A stretch of DNA of 64,000 nt from Euprymna scolopes (Eukaryota), in the NCBI GenBank assembly GCA_053919585.1, contig CM132807.1; one strand, written 5' to 3'. Position numbers and translations under genes: made by a program. How positions within the stretch are numbered: the first letter of the stretch is position 1; each line of letters begins with the position of its first letter. The notes under the pieces were generated by a model. The model ran no database searches and had not been told where the DNA came from. It was given only the letters and a program-made list of their open reading frames with translations. Of this stretch, positions 1 through 13,008 are shown piece by piece.

Positions 1-489
1 TCCCTTCCAGGATCCTGCTTCAACAATGTACTGACATGATATACTACAAATGTAATGTAAACAGACATATTGTTGCTCAACTGCCTACATAGTATGACTG
101 CAATCATGTCCAGATCATCAAAACACCAAACTGGTACTGTGCGTTGTTTGCGTTTCACAGAAACAGATATTTAATGTCACGCACTAGAGCAGATTAAGGA
201 GAAAATGTAAGGAGGGCAATCCCAGATATAAAATATGATACCAGTAGAGTGACCCCCTTCATTGGGTAATATAATACGAATTCAAACACCAAGCAAACAG
301 GCAATATTAAATTAACACTCATAAATATAGGAATAAAATTATATAAAATTAAATGATAATTGGAAAAAAAACAAATAGGAATAAAAGGGAAAATTAAAAC
401 AAAAATAAATAATAAATAAATAAAAAATAAAAATACGAAAGTACTGGTTAAAACGAAAAACTATCTTTACATGACACCAAAAGATGGAG

Positions 490-1130
490 GAAGTTAGGAA
501 GCATGGCTTTAGAAATCCTTTTATCCGAATACGATGCCCAGCATGTTAAAATGTACCTTTTGTAGTAAAAATCTAAAGGGTTTAAATCTGAAGAACTTGT
601 GTGGGGACAGAATATTTTCATGGACACATAACTCGTAAAATTGCCAACTTATCAATAAAACAGCTGTAATAGAAAATCTCCAGGAAATAAAAAAAGGTTA
701 AAAAATGTGAGTCTTTTAATTTTCAACAAAATACGCTCTGCTCCTATTAAATGGACACATTGAGCTTAAATCAAAATTTACGGTGACTGTTTTTACAATA
801 ACAATCTAGACCCGTTAAACGAAAACGGTATACATTGAAAGTAACGACATTTGAAAAAAACAGACCGTAAAAATTATACTCTGTATCACATCCAGGTACA
901 CGTTGGCATTGACTTTAAAGCCGACTTTGTAACATTTGAGGAATCATAAAATGGCCCTGAACTGAAACCACAATAAATACAATAACCGTGACTGGAAATT
1001 TTTTTCTTAATTCTGGGCACGTCCCTAATAATTGTGGCAATCCAGCGATAAATGTTTGGGGATGTTGGCATTAACTTTTATCATAACATGAGTTGCACAC
1101 CAGCGTATTTATTCAGCACAGATATAATGC
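490..1130 (-). mobile_element. Degenerate Tc1/mariner-superfamily (maT/DD37D-like) transposase relic
   Basis: Minus-strand translation across frameshifts gives PNIYRWIATIIRDVPRIKK, KFPVTVIVFIVVSVQGHFMIPQ, VGFKVNANVYLDV and SSDLNPLDFY (about 565-596), collinear with the catalytic half of maT-type transposases (SPDLNPLD motif). No TIRs located. Confidence 0.6.
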
Positions 1131-3004
1131 TCCTATCGTTCTTGGGATTTGTACAAAACTGACTAACTAGTACATGGTCTTAACAAAATAAAAAAAAAAG
1201 ATTGCCATCAAAGGAAATGGAATTAAGTCGCTATTTATAAGGCGACATCTGCTACATTCATCCCTGTATTGGTGTTGCTACATCGCAGTGTGTTAGTCCA
1301 AAAATAACTAAGTTATCTCGTTAGACAATGTAAGAAATAAAAACTTTTTATTTTAAAAAAGCAGATATTCAAATGATAAAAAATACAGTACTTAAACATG
1401 GAAAATTTATAAGGTACGTAGTAACAATGAATGAACAAGAAGAAAGAGAGGAGAAATAAAGAAATAGAACATGAAATGAGAAAATATTGTTCAGCAAAAA
1501 CACCCACGCAGAAACTGTCTTCTCTCCGATGCTGAGAAGACAAAGACACAAAAATAAACACATTGGCACGGTTAAAATCTTATTACAGGAAACATTAAGC
1601 AATAGGGTGGGAAATGAATCGGGTATTTTTTGGCAATATAACAATTCATTTTTTGCTTTAATTGCTCAATTTAATTTTCATTTAAGAAAATAAGTTTTAA
1701 ATTCGAATTAATTGAAGGGAATATATGTAGTGCAATTTAAATAACAATACTGAAATCAATGTCTTTGAGTAGTTTGTATTGCCTATGGAGCTACAACAGA
1801 ACGAAGTGTAGTAATACATCGTAATAATTAACTAAAAATTGTAACTATAACTTATACTTGTACGCTAAAGTGATAAGATAATCATAATTTCATACTAATT
1901 ATATATTACATACTCATGGTTAATAAATAAATAAAAAGAGTGGAGAAATTAATAAAAGTCAAATTATACAATAAATACGTGAATATAAATAAAAAAACAA
2001 GTAAGTAATAATTGTAAATAAATAAATAATTCATATACAAAATTAATAAAAATCAAATCATACAACAAATACATGGATACATATAAAAACGGAGAAAATA
2101 AAGATAAATAAGCAATATTTGGTTAAACGACCTCCACCTGTAAGGCTATGTCAAGAGAATATTCTTTTCATTATTTGGACTCTCAAGTACATGCCCGTTT
2201 ATATCTTATATGTTTTAGACAAGGTGATATGTTTCGCAATTGATTAATGTCTAACTGTGCCAGATATATAGTCGAGAGTCAAAAATATTAAAAGAATATT
2301 CTTTTGTAATAGCATTTTCTTATCAGTAATTAATCACTGCTGAAGACCTGTGTAAGAACTGTACAATGAAATACTCATAACAAAAACAACAAATCCGACA
2401 TTAATAATCACTAGCAAGACCTGTGGAAATTCCACGGTGGAGTTTTCATATGAAATATATTAGTGTTGGCATTTTGTGGATGTTCAGCGTAAATGGATAC
2501 ACTCTGATATTATTGTAATTCTTTTGTTAAAACTGCAAAAGTATATATTTAAGCTACAAGGGACGCCCGGCATAGTCTAGTCGTAAAATATGCTTAAATA
2601 TGATATATTAATTTATGCAGATTCGTATATATTGCTATCATAGTCAATTTTCGATCCATTCTTACATATTATAAAATTATGTTTTTAAGAATAAAAATGT
2701 ACTAATAAGGCTTGGTGGATAAGCCTGAATCGAAACCGAAACCAAAACTTATGAAAAAAAATGTATGTATTATATGAATTGATTTCTCTCGGCTATAATC
2801 AAAACCGAAAGAAAAAAAGATCAATAATTCTTAGTAAAATTATTTATTACAATAAATGGAAAGGCATAATAATTAAACGACATCCATTCGAAAGAAAAAA
2901 TAAATAAATGTGATACATAAATTAACGCAAACGCCGTATCATATACATATATAGATTAAAATAGTTTATGTACGAAAAACGGTTTTTCATGAAAATGTTT
3001 AATT

Positions 3005-3049
3005 CAATCAATGTTGTAATAAAAATAATGTAGAAAAAAGAAACCGTCA

Positions 3050-3105
<56 letters not shown>

Positions 3106-4058
3106 TTTAATATTTTTATTAAAAATATTTTATGTGCAGCACCAGTTTCGTTTCGCTAATAACGTGTCGGTAAGTTCGAGGTTTCATAAAATATATGCAT
3201 GTTGGCTTTTGTAAAAGTAGGAAAATGTGTTAATTAAAGAAGGCATCAGCGTCTCTTTCTCTCTCTCTCTCTCAATAAACATTTGCAAAAAATGAATAAT
3301 TAAAAATATAAATTACTGCTCAGTTTTTGTCCCCGCCGGCCGAAAGATTTGTGTTATCGTTTTTTTTTTTTTTACAGAATAACTTAACATCAATTATTTC
3401 TAAACAACTTTTGAAAGATGAATCCCTAAATTTTATAGAATTAAAAACACATGTAGCGGTGAAAATTAAAATATTTTATGTACTAAATACAGATTTCATA
3501 AACTATTTTTGTTAAAACAATGTTGTAATAAAAATAATTTATTTAGAAAAAGGAATTGCCATTTAATATATATACACATATATACATACATGCACACATA
3601 TATATATGTGTGTGTGTGTGTGTTTATATATATATATATATACTAGATTTAATGTTTTTATAAAAATATTTTGTGTAAAAAACTAGTTTCGATTCACTAA
3701 TAATGTATCGTAAAGTTCAAGGTTTCATAACAGATATGCATATTGGCTTGTTTACATGTAATAGCAATTAGTAGTAGTAACAATACTATTTTATTTAACG
3801 AAGATACCATCGCCTCTCTCTCGCTCTCGCTCTCTCTCTCTCTCTCTCACTGTCTATCTCCCTCTCTGTGTATCTCTTAATAAACAAATGTAAAAAAATA
3901 AACAATGTAAAAACAAATAACTGCTCATTTTTCCCCGCCGGCCGAGAGATTTGTGTTATCGTTTATTAATTACAGAATGTGTTACAAACAAGTATTTCTT
4001 AACAACTTTTGAAAGATAACACCCTAAATTTTATAGAATTATAAACAAATGTAGCGTT
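3005..4058. repeat. Diverged tandem duplication, two units of about 0.5 kb
   Basis: About 3005-3460 and 3517-4058 share, in order, caatgttgtaataaaaataat, (TA)n, tagatttaat, a (CT)n tract, ccccgccggccga.agatttgtgttatcg, aacaacttttgaaagat and atgtagcg. Confidence 0.9.
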
Positions 4059-4619
4059 GGGAACACGCTAATCGAATGCCGCATAGCACGTTCATAAATG
4101 TGTATTCTGTAATTAATATATATTCTTGAATTCAATCTAAACCAATAAAATTTGCGGAAAAGCGGTACACAAAAATAACACCGACGCTATCGGATTTATA
4201 TATAGATAATAATAAAAAGAATTAGAAGNNNNNNNNNNNNNNNNNNNNNNNNNNNNNNNNNNNNNNNNNNNNNNNNNNNNNNNNNNNNNNNNNNNNNNNN
4301 NNNNNNNNNNNNNNNNNNNNNNNNNNNNNNNNNNNNNNNNNNNNNNNNNNNNNNNNNNNNNNNNNNNNNNNNNNNNNNNNNNNNNNNNNNNNNNNNNNNN
4401 NNNNNNNNNNNNNNNNNNNNNNNNNNNNNNNNNNNNNNNNNNNNNNNNNNNNNNNNNNNNNNNNNNNNNNNNNNNNNNNNNNNNNNNNNNNNNNNNNNNN
4501 NNNNNNNNNNNNNNNNNNNNNNNNNNNNNNNNNNNNNNNNNNNNNNNNNNNNNNNNNNNNNNNNNNNNNNNNNNNNNNNNNNNNNNNNNNNNNNNNNNNN
4601 NNNNNNNNNNNNNNNNACA

Positions 4620-4790
4620 CAAGTAATCAGAAATCTGATCGGAAACTTGCGGTGTTCTCGGGAAGCTGAGTGACAACAAGTCTCCTAAGACGTCCAGATA
4701 TCTACACGTCTTTCGATAGGAGTTGCAAATAAATTTCCGTCATCGTAACAGCACCTTACTATTGATTTCTCTCTGGCAACTGCCATGGGT
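4620..4790 (-). mobile_element. Probable second R4-type 3' end fragment
   Basis: Minus strand ...agacgtgtagatatctggacgtcttaggagacttgttgtcactcag resembles the ORF end and 3' UTR of this LINE type. Short and eroded. Confidence 0.3.
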
Positions 4791-5034
4791 CTATACTGGA
4801 ATGTGTGTGACACTACCCCCCCAAGATCCCAGTTCTCTTCACACTTGCCCAACGGAGGTCAGGTGAACGCTCTCTCATTGGTCTTTCCATTGGTATCACT
4901 TTTTTTAGGGGGGATAGTGATGAAACAATGGGAGGGGATGCGTGATAGGTGTTTAGAACTTGTGGATTTGCAGCTTCAGTGTTCCCCATTCCCTGTAACG
5001 CGTCTTTATTTTATTGTATACTTGTATTATTCTC

Positions 5035-5450
5035 CGCATTCAAGGGTTTACCTTTATATTTCAGCTGTTTTAATTTTCGTTAACCGTTGTATTTTGACAG
5101 CGTTTCCTCTTATTTCAATTTCGCCTATTCTTTTTTCAAAGTTGTTCGTAATTTTTCCTAGTGCTTCTACTATTATAAGTATTTTTTTTTATTTTCTTCA
5201 TCACCAAATCCCGTTAAACTCTCTGGTTAGCTCTGTGTATTTGCTCCGTTTCTCTTTTTCTTCCATATTTACTCTGTGCTCAGCTAGAACAGCAAAATCT
5301 ACGATTCGACAGGGTTTTTCTGACTTGTTAATTATTACAACATCTTGTATTCTTGCTTGAATGGGTTTTTCCGTCTGCATGTCTATGTCCCATAAGATAT
5401 TGTAGTTCTCATTTTCGAGTATTTGGGGGGATTTACGTACAAAATTCATT
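5035..5450 (-). mobile_element. R4/Dong-type non-LTR retrotransposon 3' fragment (restriction-like endonuclease domain)
   Basis: ORF 5201-5449 ILWDIDMQTEKPIQARIQDVVIINKSEKPCRIVDFAVLAEHRVNMEEKEKRSKY matches the RLE PD..D region. It continues after a break as IIVEALGKITNNFEKRIGEIEIRG...KTAEI. Confidence 0.85.
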
Positions 5451-6829
5451 CGACGACAAGAAAGTCAGATATATCTATTTTAAATCTGATATATTCAGGA
5501 TCCTTTAAAGCACACTTGGAATTATTTTGCATCAAGTGTTTTAAAATATTCATTGTATATTTCTCATTTATATGATCGATTTTTACAGTTGCAATTTTTA
5601 AAAAGTGAGTTGCTTGGCATGACATTGTGTACCTGTCACTTATAGCATTAGCCAGAAAATAATAGCTGCGTCTATTTGATATGATATGTTTATTTAAAAG
5701 CCATATATTTAAAGCATGATTATGGACACAGAAATAATAAATTCAATAAGTTTTGTTTATTTTCAACCGTGTTTCTTAACAGAGTATCCTTACGAATCAT
5801 TATTTTTCTAATTCTTTTTAAGCAGTAAGTTCATATATAAAATAGAAATGAATTAGTTCAAGTTATAAAAAATATACTTTTCTCGTTAACTTCAGTTGTT
5901 TATGTCGAGAAAGACGTAATCTGAAATAATCGAATAAAGGATCACACGGAAATATAAGATATGTAACCGAATAGACATTTCTAATGTAAGATATAAGAAA
6001 TTACGCGATATCAGCTACGAGAAATCTATAAGGAAATCCGTCAAGGAGGAAATGAATTGGCTTGTCAAATTAGGAGTTCGGCTTTGCTTTACTATTTTCT
6101 ATTTCATTGACTTTTTGTGATTCTCATGAGATGAATTTATGGTTTCATAAAATGGTTGGATTAGAAGCAACTTCGCCGAACATATGCTGGTACANNNNNN
6201 NNNNNNNNNNNNNNNNNNNNNNNNNNNNNNNNNNNNNNNNNNNNNNNNNNNNNNNNNNNNNNNNNNNNNNNNNNNNNNNNNNNNNNNNNNNNNNNNNNNN
6301 NNNNNNNNNNNNNNNNNNNNNNNNNNNNNNNNNNNNNNNNNNNNNNNNNNNNNNNNNNNNNNNNNNNNNNNNNNNNNNNNNNNNNNNNNNNNNNNNNNNN
6401 NNNNNNNNNNNNNNNNNNNNNNNNNNNNNNNNNNNNNNNNNNNNNNNNNNNNNNNNNNNNNNNNNNNNNNNNNNNNNNNNNNNNNNNNNNNNNNNNNNNN
6501 NNNNNNNNNTCCAGACCTGACGAAAACACATTTGAAAGAGGTTTTATCGACATTGTTCAATATGGGAGTACGGCAAGATATTATTATTTTACATAACCAT
6601 GTGTATGTCCCCACATGAATGAGTACGTTGTTGCAATGTCCTTCTTGCGTACCACTCTCGGCAAACATTTTCTATACTTCGATACAAGGTTGTGGCACAT
6701 ATTTGGATGAATTTTAGACAATTCCTCCACACAATTTTTTTCCAAACATAAAAAGACAAAAGTCTACATTAGTTTTATATGCGCTGTAATCACATTGTAA
6801 ATATTAAAATAATGTAAAAATGAAATATT

Positions 6830-7115
6830 AATTATGTTGAGAGTGAATGGAAATGTGAATTATGTTGAGGGTGATATAGAAATGTTAAATATGTTGAGGA
6901 TAAAATAGAAATGTGAACTATGTTGAGCGTGCAATATAACTGTGAAATATATTGAGAGTTAAATAGAAATGCGAAATATATTGAGAGTGAAACAGAAATG
7001 TGAAATATGTTGAGGGTAACCAGAAAAGTTAAATATGTTGAGAGATAAATAGAAATACGAAATATGTTGAGGGTGACATAGAAATGTGACATATGTTGAG
7101 AGCGAAAAAGAAAAG
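6830..7115. repeat. Degenerate minisatellite, unit about 29-30 bp
   Basis: About 9-10 copies of aaatatgttgag(a/g)gtga.atagaaatgtg, with alternating variants. Confidence 0.85.
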
Positions 7116-8181
7116 TGAAAAAGGATGTTAATTTTGATAGTAAATTTTAAAATATTGCAATAATATAAAAATTGTGAGATCATCAACTTCGCATATAGAA
7201 ACTAAAATCATTATAACCGTGATAGGAGAAATAGAAGTGATTTTTATTTTAATTATATTTATGAGTTATAAAGGACCATCCTATTATTTTCTGCAATGAG
7301 AAAATTCTAACGAACTGTAAGTTATGAAGTCAAACGGATAAGTATGGATCGATATAAATGTAATTTAAATAGGCAGTTAAAGAAAACGGAGTTCGAAATT
7401 ACACTGAACTATTTATAAATGAGATATTGCGAGAAGTATAAGAGTAAAATTAAAGACAACAAAGTTATTAAGAATAACGTCAAAATATTAAAATTTTAAA
7501 GCATGAAATTTCAGCAAATTAAAAATTGATAGAAAATTAAGAAAATAGAGGTATCTCAGTTAAAACTTAAAAGTGTGTCAAATGATAATGGAGATAGAGA
7601 TAAAAAATAAAATAAAAGATATAGATACTAGTAAAAATATGAAAGAAAGATTTAGAATTAAACTTTTAGAAATAACCGGTATGGCAAAAGGTTTATTTTA
7701 ATTAATAGTATTTACACTAACCAGTCAATAAAATTGTCTTCTTAGGGCATAACACATTAAGCGGGTTTAATTGATGGATCAAAATACGAAAATTAATTTC
7801 ATATAAAACTATGCTGGATTGAGAAACATGTAATTGGGTAGAATTTAATTTAAAATGTAGAAATACGAAACTAAGGTGATTACAAAACTGCAAGGCTCTC
7901 GAAGAAATACAAAAAATAAAAAAGTAAATATAAAAGAGGTAGAGAGTATGGTCAACTGCTTGATCTCTTAAAATAGAGATTATCAGTGTATTTACATTTG
8001 CATAAAAAGAAGGTATTTTAGAATATGTTGGATGATATAGTAGTTAACGTTGTTCAAAAAGGTATGGAACAGCAGTAATGCCGGAGAAAATACAAAATAT
8101 GATCCTCTTATTTTGCATTTTGTTTTATTAATTTTGGTGAAAATATTAAATGTATATATATACATACATCAGAATATATAT

Positions 8182-8351
8182 ATATTTTACATTTGGCCCT
8201 CGGTGGGGATCTTCCTTTGCATCATAAATTAATAGGCAAACCTTTGAAAATAGACTTATTTTATAACACTGCTATTTAATTTCGAATAGATGCATATACG
8301 CGTGCAGATATTCCGATATGTATCATGAAAATAAAAACAGATCTCTGATGT

Positions 8352-8411
<60 letters not shown>

Positions 8412-9205
8412 ATTGGGATGTGCACATGTGTATGTCTCTGCTTTAAATAATCGAAATTAAGCGACCATACTGAAATGGGAGACACTTGTTTAGGAATATT
8501 AGTATGTATCTACACTTAGGCTTGCCTATGTTTCTCGATTTTCTTAGATTTCTCCTTGCCAAGTATATAAATTATTTGGTATTGGGAAACCTTTACATCA
8601 ATACATCACATAATACAGTAGTTTTGAATATTTTTCCAATCTTAAAGACAATCATAAAATATAAGTTTTACAGATTTAATTATATGATAGATATTATAGA
8701 GAAGAGTGTGTTTTATGGGATACAAAATATTCTTTTAACCATAAGCATGAGTATAAGCCATTAACATTATTAGGTTTTTTGTTCAATTTTTCTGTACCGA
8801 TATTGAATATCCACTTTTTTTTTGAAAAATATCAACCATATATATTCAAAGTTGTGTTTATCTGTGCTGCGTATTTCTTTAGGTGTTAGCGTACATTCAT
8901 GTCTATTAATACATTATGAACTATTTCTGCAGGAAACCGGCAGTAGATTGGAAATTGTTTCCTGTTACTGTCTCATATCGTGCTGCGTGAAGTGTAATAT
9001 TAGCTCTAAGAAATGACAGCGAGAATAGATATTTTACATTTGGCCCTCGGTGGGGATCTTCTTTTGCATCATAAATTAATAGGCAAACCTTTGAAAATAG
9101 ACTTATTTTTATAACACTGCTATTTAATTTCGAATAGATGCATATACGCGTGCAGATATTCCGATATGTATCATGAAAATAAAAACAGATCTCTGATGTT
9201 CTGAT
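8182..9205 (+). repeat. Near-identical direct repeat of about 175 bp (8182-8357 and 9029-9205)
   Basis: atattttacatttggccctcggtggggatcttc...ctctgatgttctgat occurs twice. I see only about two differences. Confidence 0.95.
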
Positions 9206-9883
9206 TGCGAGGTTTGTAACATTGGAATCTGACAGGCAATCGTCCCCATGTGTTCCTATATCGTAGCGGCTGGTTTTAAGTATACATCAATTGCATAAAT
9301 ACCAGCTGCATTTGTTCAGGTGTGTTTGTATGCCAAAGGAAATCATTACAAGATAAACACACACTCATTGGTATATTTTGTAAGTTTTTCCAGTGATGAA
9401 ATAGAGCAAAAACTTAGAAAACAACTAATATTATTGCACCCGACATATTTGCAATATTTACTCAGCAGGGACACCTGATTTTCTGCAATTGTGTGTTCTT
9501 CTTAAAAAAATAGAATCCCCTAGTTTTTTTTAAAAAATNNNNNNNNNNNNNNNNNNNNNNNNNNNNNNNNNNNNNNNNNNNNNNNNNNNNNNNNNNNNNN
9601 NNNNNNNNNNNNNNNNNNNNNNNNNNNNNNNNNNNNNNNNNNNNNNNNNNNNNNNNNNNNNNNNNNNNNNNNNNNNNNNNNNNNNNNCATTAAGATAGAT
9701 AGGCGAATAAGAATCGATAAGGATAGAGGAGTTTTAAAAGAGACATTTGACACATGTTTAGTAGCCGCATAGGCTTAAAGTATCGATTGTATTCAATTAT
9801 GTTACAGACCAGCTTTGAATAAATATTCTGTTAGTCTAATAAAAATGTTCAACATATTAATTATGGAATATATCCATACATAC

Positions 9884-9942
<59 letters not shown>

Positions 9943-10085
9943 CGTGTCTATTAAGATGGAAAGGCCACTAAAACTCGATAAAGATGAAGTTTTAGTAGAC
10001 ACATTTTACAGGGTGTGAGCACTGTACAAGTGGTGGACGGATGTTTGTTTAAATAGATATTTGGACGGATTATTTACGGGCATCG

Positions 10086-10156
10086 CTTCCGTGGTCGAGT
10101 GGTAGAATTGCCGACTGTCAACACAACGGTTCTAGGTTCGATCCTTAGTATGGAAG
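10086..10156 (+). mobile_element. tRNA-derived SINE head or tRNA pseudogene (Asp-like)
   Basis: A box gtggtcgagtggt, B box ggttcgatcc, termini cttcc/ggaag pair, GTC at the anticodon position, but the anticodon stem does not pair. Confidence 0.7.
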
Positions 10157-10217
10157 AGGTGCTATTCCAGCGGCACCGATGTGTTGTGATACCACGAAAC
10201 AGAGACTATATATATAA

Positions 10218-10261
<44 letters not shown>

Positions 10262-10403
10262 GCTCACTTTGATTACCTATATATATATATATATATATAG
10301 GTAATCAAAGTGAGTGTCTATTAAGATGAATAGGCAGATAAAATCGTTAAGGGAGTAGGAGTTTTAGAAACCCCATTTTTCATAATATCAACTTGGGCGG
10401 CGA

Positions 10404-10451
<48 letters not shown>

Positions 10452-11049
10452 TACTATTCCCTTTTTGTGTTCATAATTCATCAGATACTTCTTTCCAATT
10501 TACAGTATTTGTTATTTAATTACCATGGGAAATCGCTTATAGAACTATATCATGATTGTATAGTTTGTTTGGTTTCTCTGTATAGAATTTTGTTAGTACA
10601 TAGAGTTTAATATATGTTCTACTAGATTTGAATGTGCTAATAGGTCCCAACGAAGGTTTTATAATATTTACATTTTTATCAATTCCAAAAAATATAAAGT
10701 AACTTATTTTTGGTTAAAATGAACATAGAGTAATTGCTTAGATAGAAATCGAAAAAAGAGGATGGCGAGCTATTTCTGAAATTAATGTTTAGGTATGTTT
10801 TAAGTATTTATAGTATTCAATTATATTGCAGATCAGTTAAGAATAAATATTCTGTTAATTTTATGAAACTGTTCAACATATTAATTATGTATGTATAATT
10901 CCGTTAATCACACAGAAACACATAACATAATGATGTGACATTAATACAGAAATTTATGAATAAAATATATATTTTAACTCGATAAAAACTGGTCGAAGTT
11001 ATTGCTAAACACTCTTCTACTTTTCTGTGATATATTTCACCACGTCTGA

Positions 11050-11450
11050 GGAAGTATTTCTAGCCCAGGCTTATCTTAATTAATATCGCGAATACTATAT
11101 GCATGAGTGTAAACAACTGACACTTGTAAGGCTCAATGTCGCTTAAATTTCGTTGAGAAAACTAATAAGCTTGGACAATAAGTACGGTTTGTAGCATTCA
11201 AGGAATCACACAATATAAATAGTAGAAATGAATGTGCTTCCTAAAAACAGAGTAGTTATTTTGAATTCTTTTAGATGAGGATTGATAATTTGAAGTTTTC
11301 GTATTATTCGGATTGATGCTTTAATCTTGATTGAGATTTTCACATCGTTTCGATAGTTTGCAGGTGGATGTTTTCAAAGTATGTAATATTTTTGTAAAAC
11401 TCCCAAATTTGCATTGATTTTCGAACTAAACCTTTTTTTAATTACGTAGA
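11050..11450 (-). mobile_element. Possible Penelope-like GIY-YIG C-terminal relic
   Basis: Minus strand LKIKASIRII resembles the LxIxESxxIxxxKPxLN end of Penelope endonucleases. Weak. Confidence 0.25.
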
Positions 11451-12646
11451 CTCGCATGGGATTTTTCCTTCAGTCATTACTGGACAGAAATTCTACGTGA
11501 TTCGTAATTGTATATTTCGTGTCACCCACGTTGAGGATTGAACCTTAAACCTTAAGAAGAGAGTAATTTTTAACTGAACTTTATAAGCGTTTTCAATTAA
11601 GCCCCCTTGCAACAAAAACCCTATTATCTGACTCCTTGGGCGAAGGAATATTAGTATTTTTTTACATATGTAGGGGTGGATTATATTATAAACCACATAC
11701 CACACGTACACACGTGTTCCATTGTATTAGAAAAAAAAACGCATGTGTCGAAACATTATATATTTGTGAAATGGTTGCAGACGAATAATCGTATTAGTCA
11801 TGTGGACAAAATATTTTAGCTCACCAGTGTATATGAATTTCATCCCGCTGTGTAAATTGCATTTAAAACGCATTTTAGAGATTTTTACCTTTAGAGTATA
11901 AATCACGCACACTTTTTTTTCTTTTAAGTTGAGAGATAATTATCGTGAACTCAGTGGGGAAAGTATTCGAACACCACAAAAGTGTGTGTGTTAATCTATT
12001 CGAGCACACGCACGTATGTACATTCGTGGAACAGAACTGAAATTATCTTAGATGTAGAGATAGAAAGAAATAGTGAGAAAGGAAAGGACGAATAAAAAGA
12101 AGTGATACTGTATTAATACACAGCGAAACAACGTGCGAGATATTAATGGAATGAAATATAGCAAGAAAACATTCATGTACAAATGTTACGATAGAGAAAA
12201 TATGATAGAGAGGAAGACAGATAAATAGAAAGAGTGATTATAAATCGAACCAAACCACAGCGACTTTATGTACGGTATGTGTCCGAGAAAGTAAGACTAT
12301 TTAAATAGAAGTAAAAAATAATAATAGAAAGATGCATGTTAGATTAAAAGAAAGCATAAGACAGATGGAATAGGAAATATGGAATGAAAGAAAAATAAAA
12401 TAGAGGAATTACAAATTAAAGAAAACCTAAAAATTGCACAGATAACTAGAATGTAAGGGATATCGTAAAACAATCAGGAGAAATAAATATACCATGAATT
12501 AAAAACGTAGCAATAAAAACCTAAAAAAAAAATAATATGGTAAAACTAAAGTATGTTATAAATATTAAAAAAAAATAATATTTATAAAGTTATCTCAGCC
12601 GGATATAAAGCTCGATAAAACCAAATAGGAGACAGAGCTTATGATA

Positions 12647-12885
12647 CGAGCAAACAGTTAATAAAACATGTTAACATACACTTTGAAAAAGTGTTAAAAA
12701 CGTATTTAATCTGAAAAGGAAACACTTGATAAATGGATAGTCCTTAATCCGCGGAGGTTCGAAGAGATACTTTCAAAACTCCGCGGATTAAGGACTATCC
12801 ACTTATCAAATGTTTCCTTTTCAGATTAAATATGTTTAAAACTCTTTTTCGAAGTGTTTTTAACATGTTTATTAACTGTTTGCTC

Positions 12886-12886
<1 letters not shown>
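12647..12886. mobile_element. 240 bp fold-back MITE, Tc1/mariner-type ends
   Basis: The whole element is an imperfect palindrome (core atagtccttaatccgcggag...ctccgcggattaaggactat). Termini are TA|CGAGCAAACAGTTAATAAA...TTTATTAACTGTTTGCTCG|TA, with a TA target duplication. Confidence 0.85.
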
Positions 12887-12928
<42 letters not shown>

Positions 12929-12960
12929 GTTGTGTGTATGAGCGTGTGTGTCTATAACTG

Positions 12961-13008
<48 letters not shown>

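Noticed and set aside
40-175. PHD-finger-like relic (PNWYC)
   Set aside because: Too short, contains stops, and cysteine spacing is incomplete.
4785-5360. 191 aa hydrophobic plus-strand ORF resembling a membrane protein
   Set aside because: Largely antisense to an A-rich LINE relic, which explains the hydrophobicity.
10086-10156. Functional tRNA gene (also 25805-25876 and 58058-58110)
   Set aside because: Cloverleaf stems are broken or missing, so these are treated as SINE-like or pseudogene sequence.
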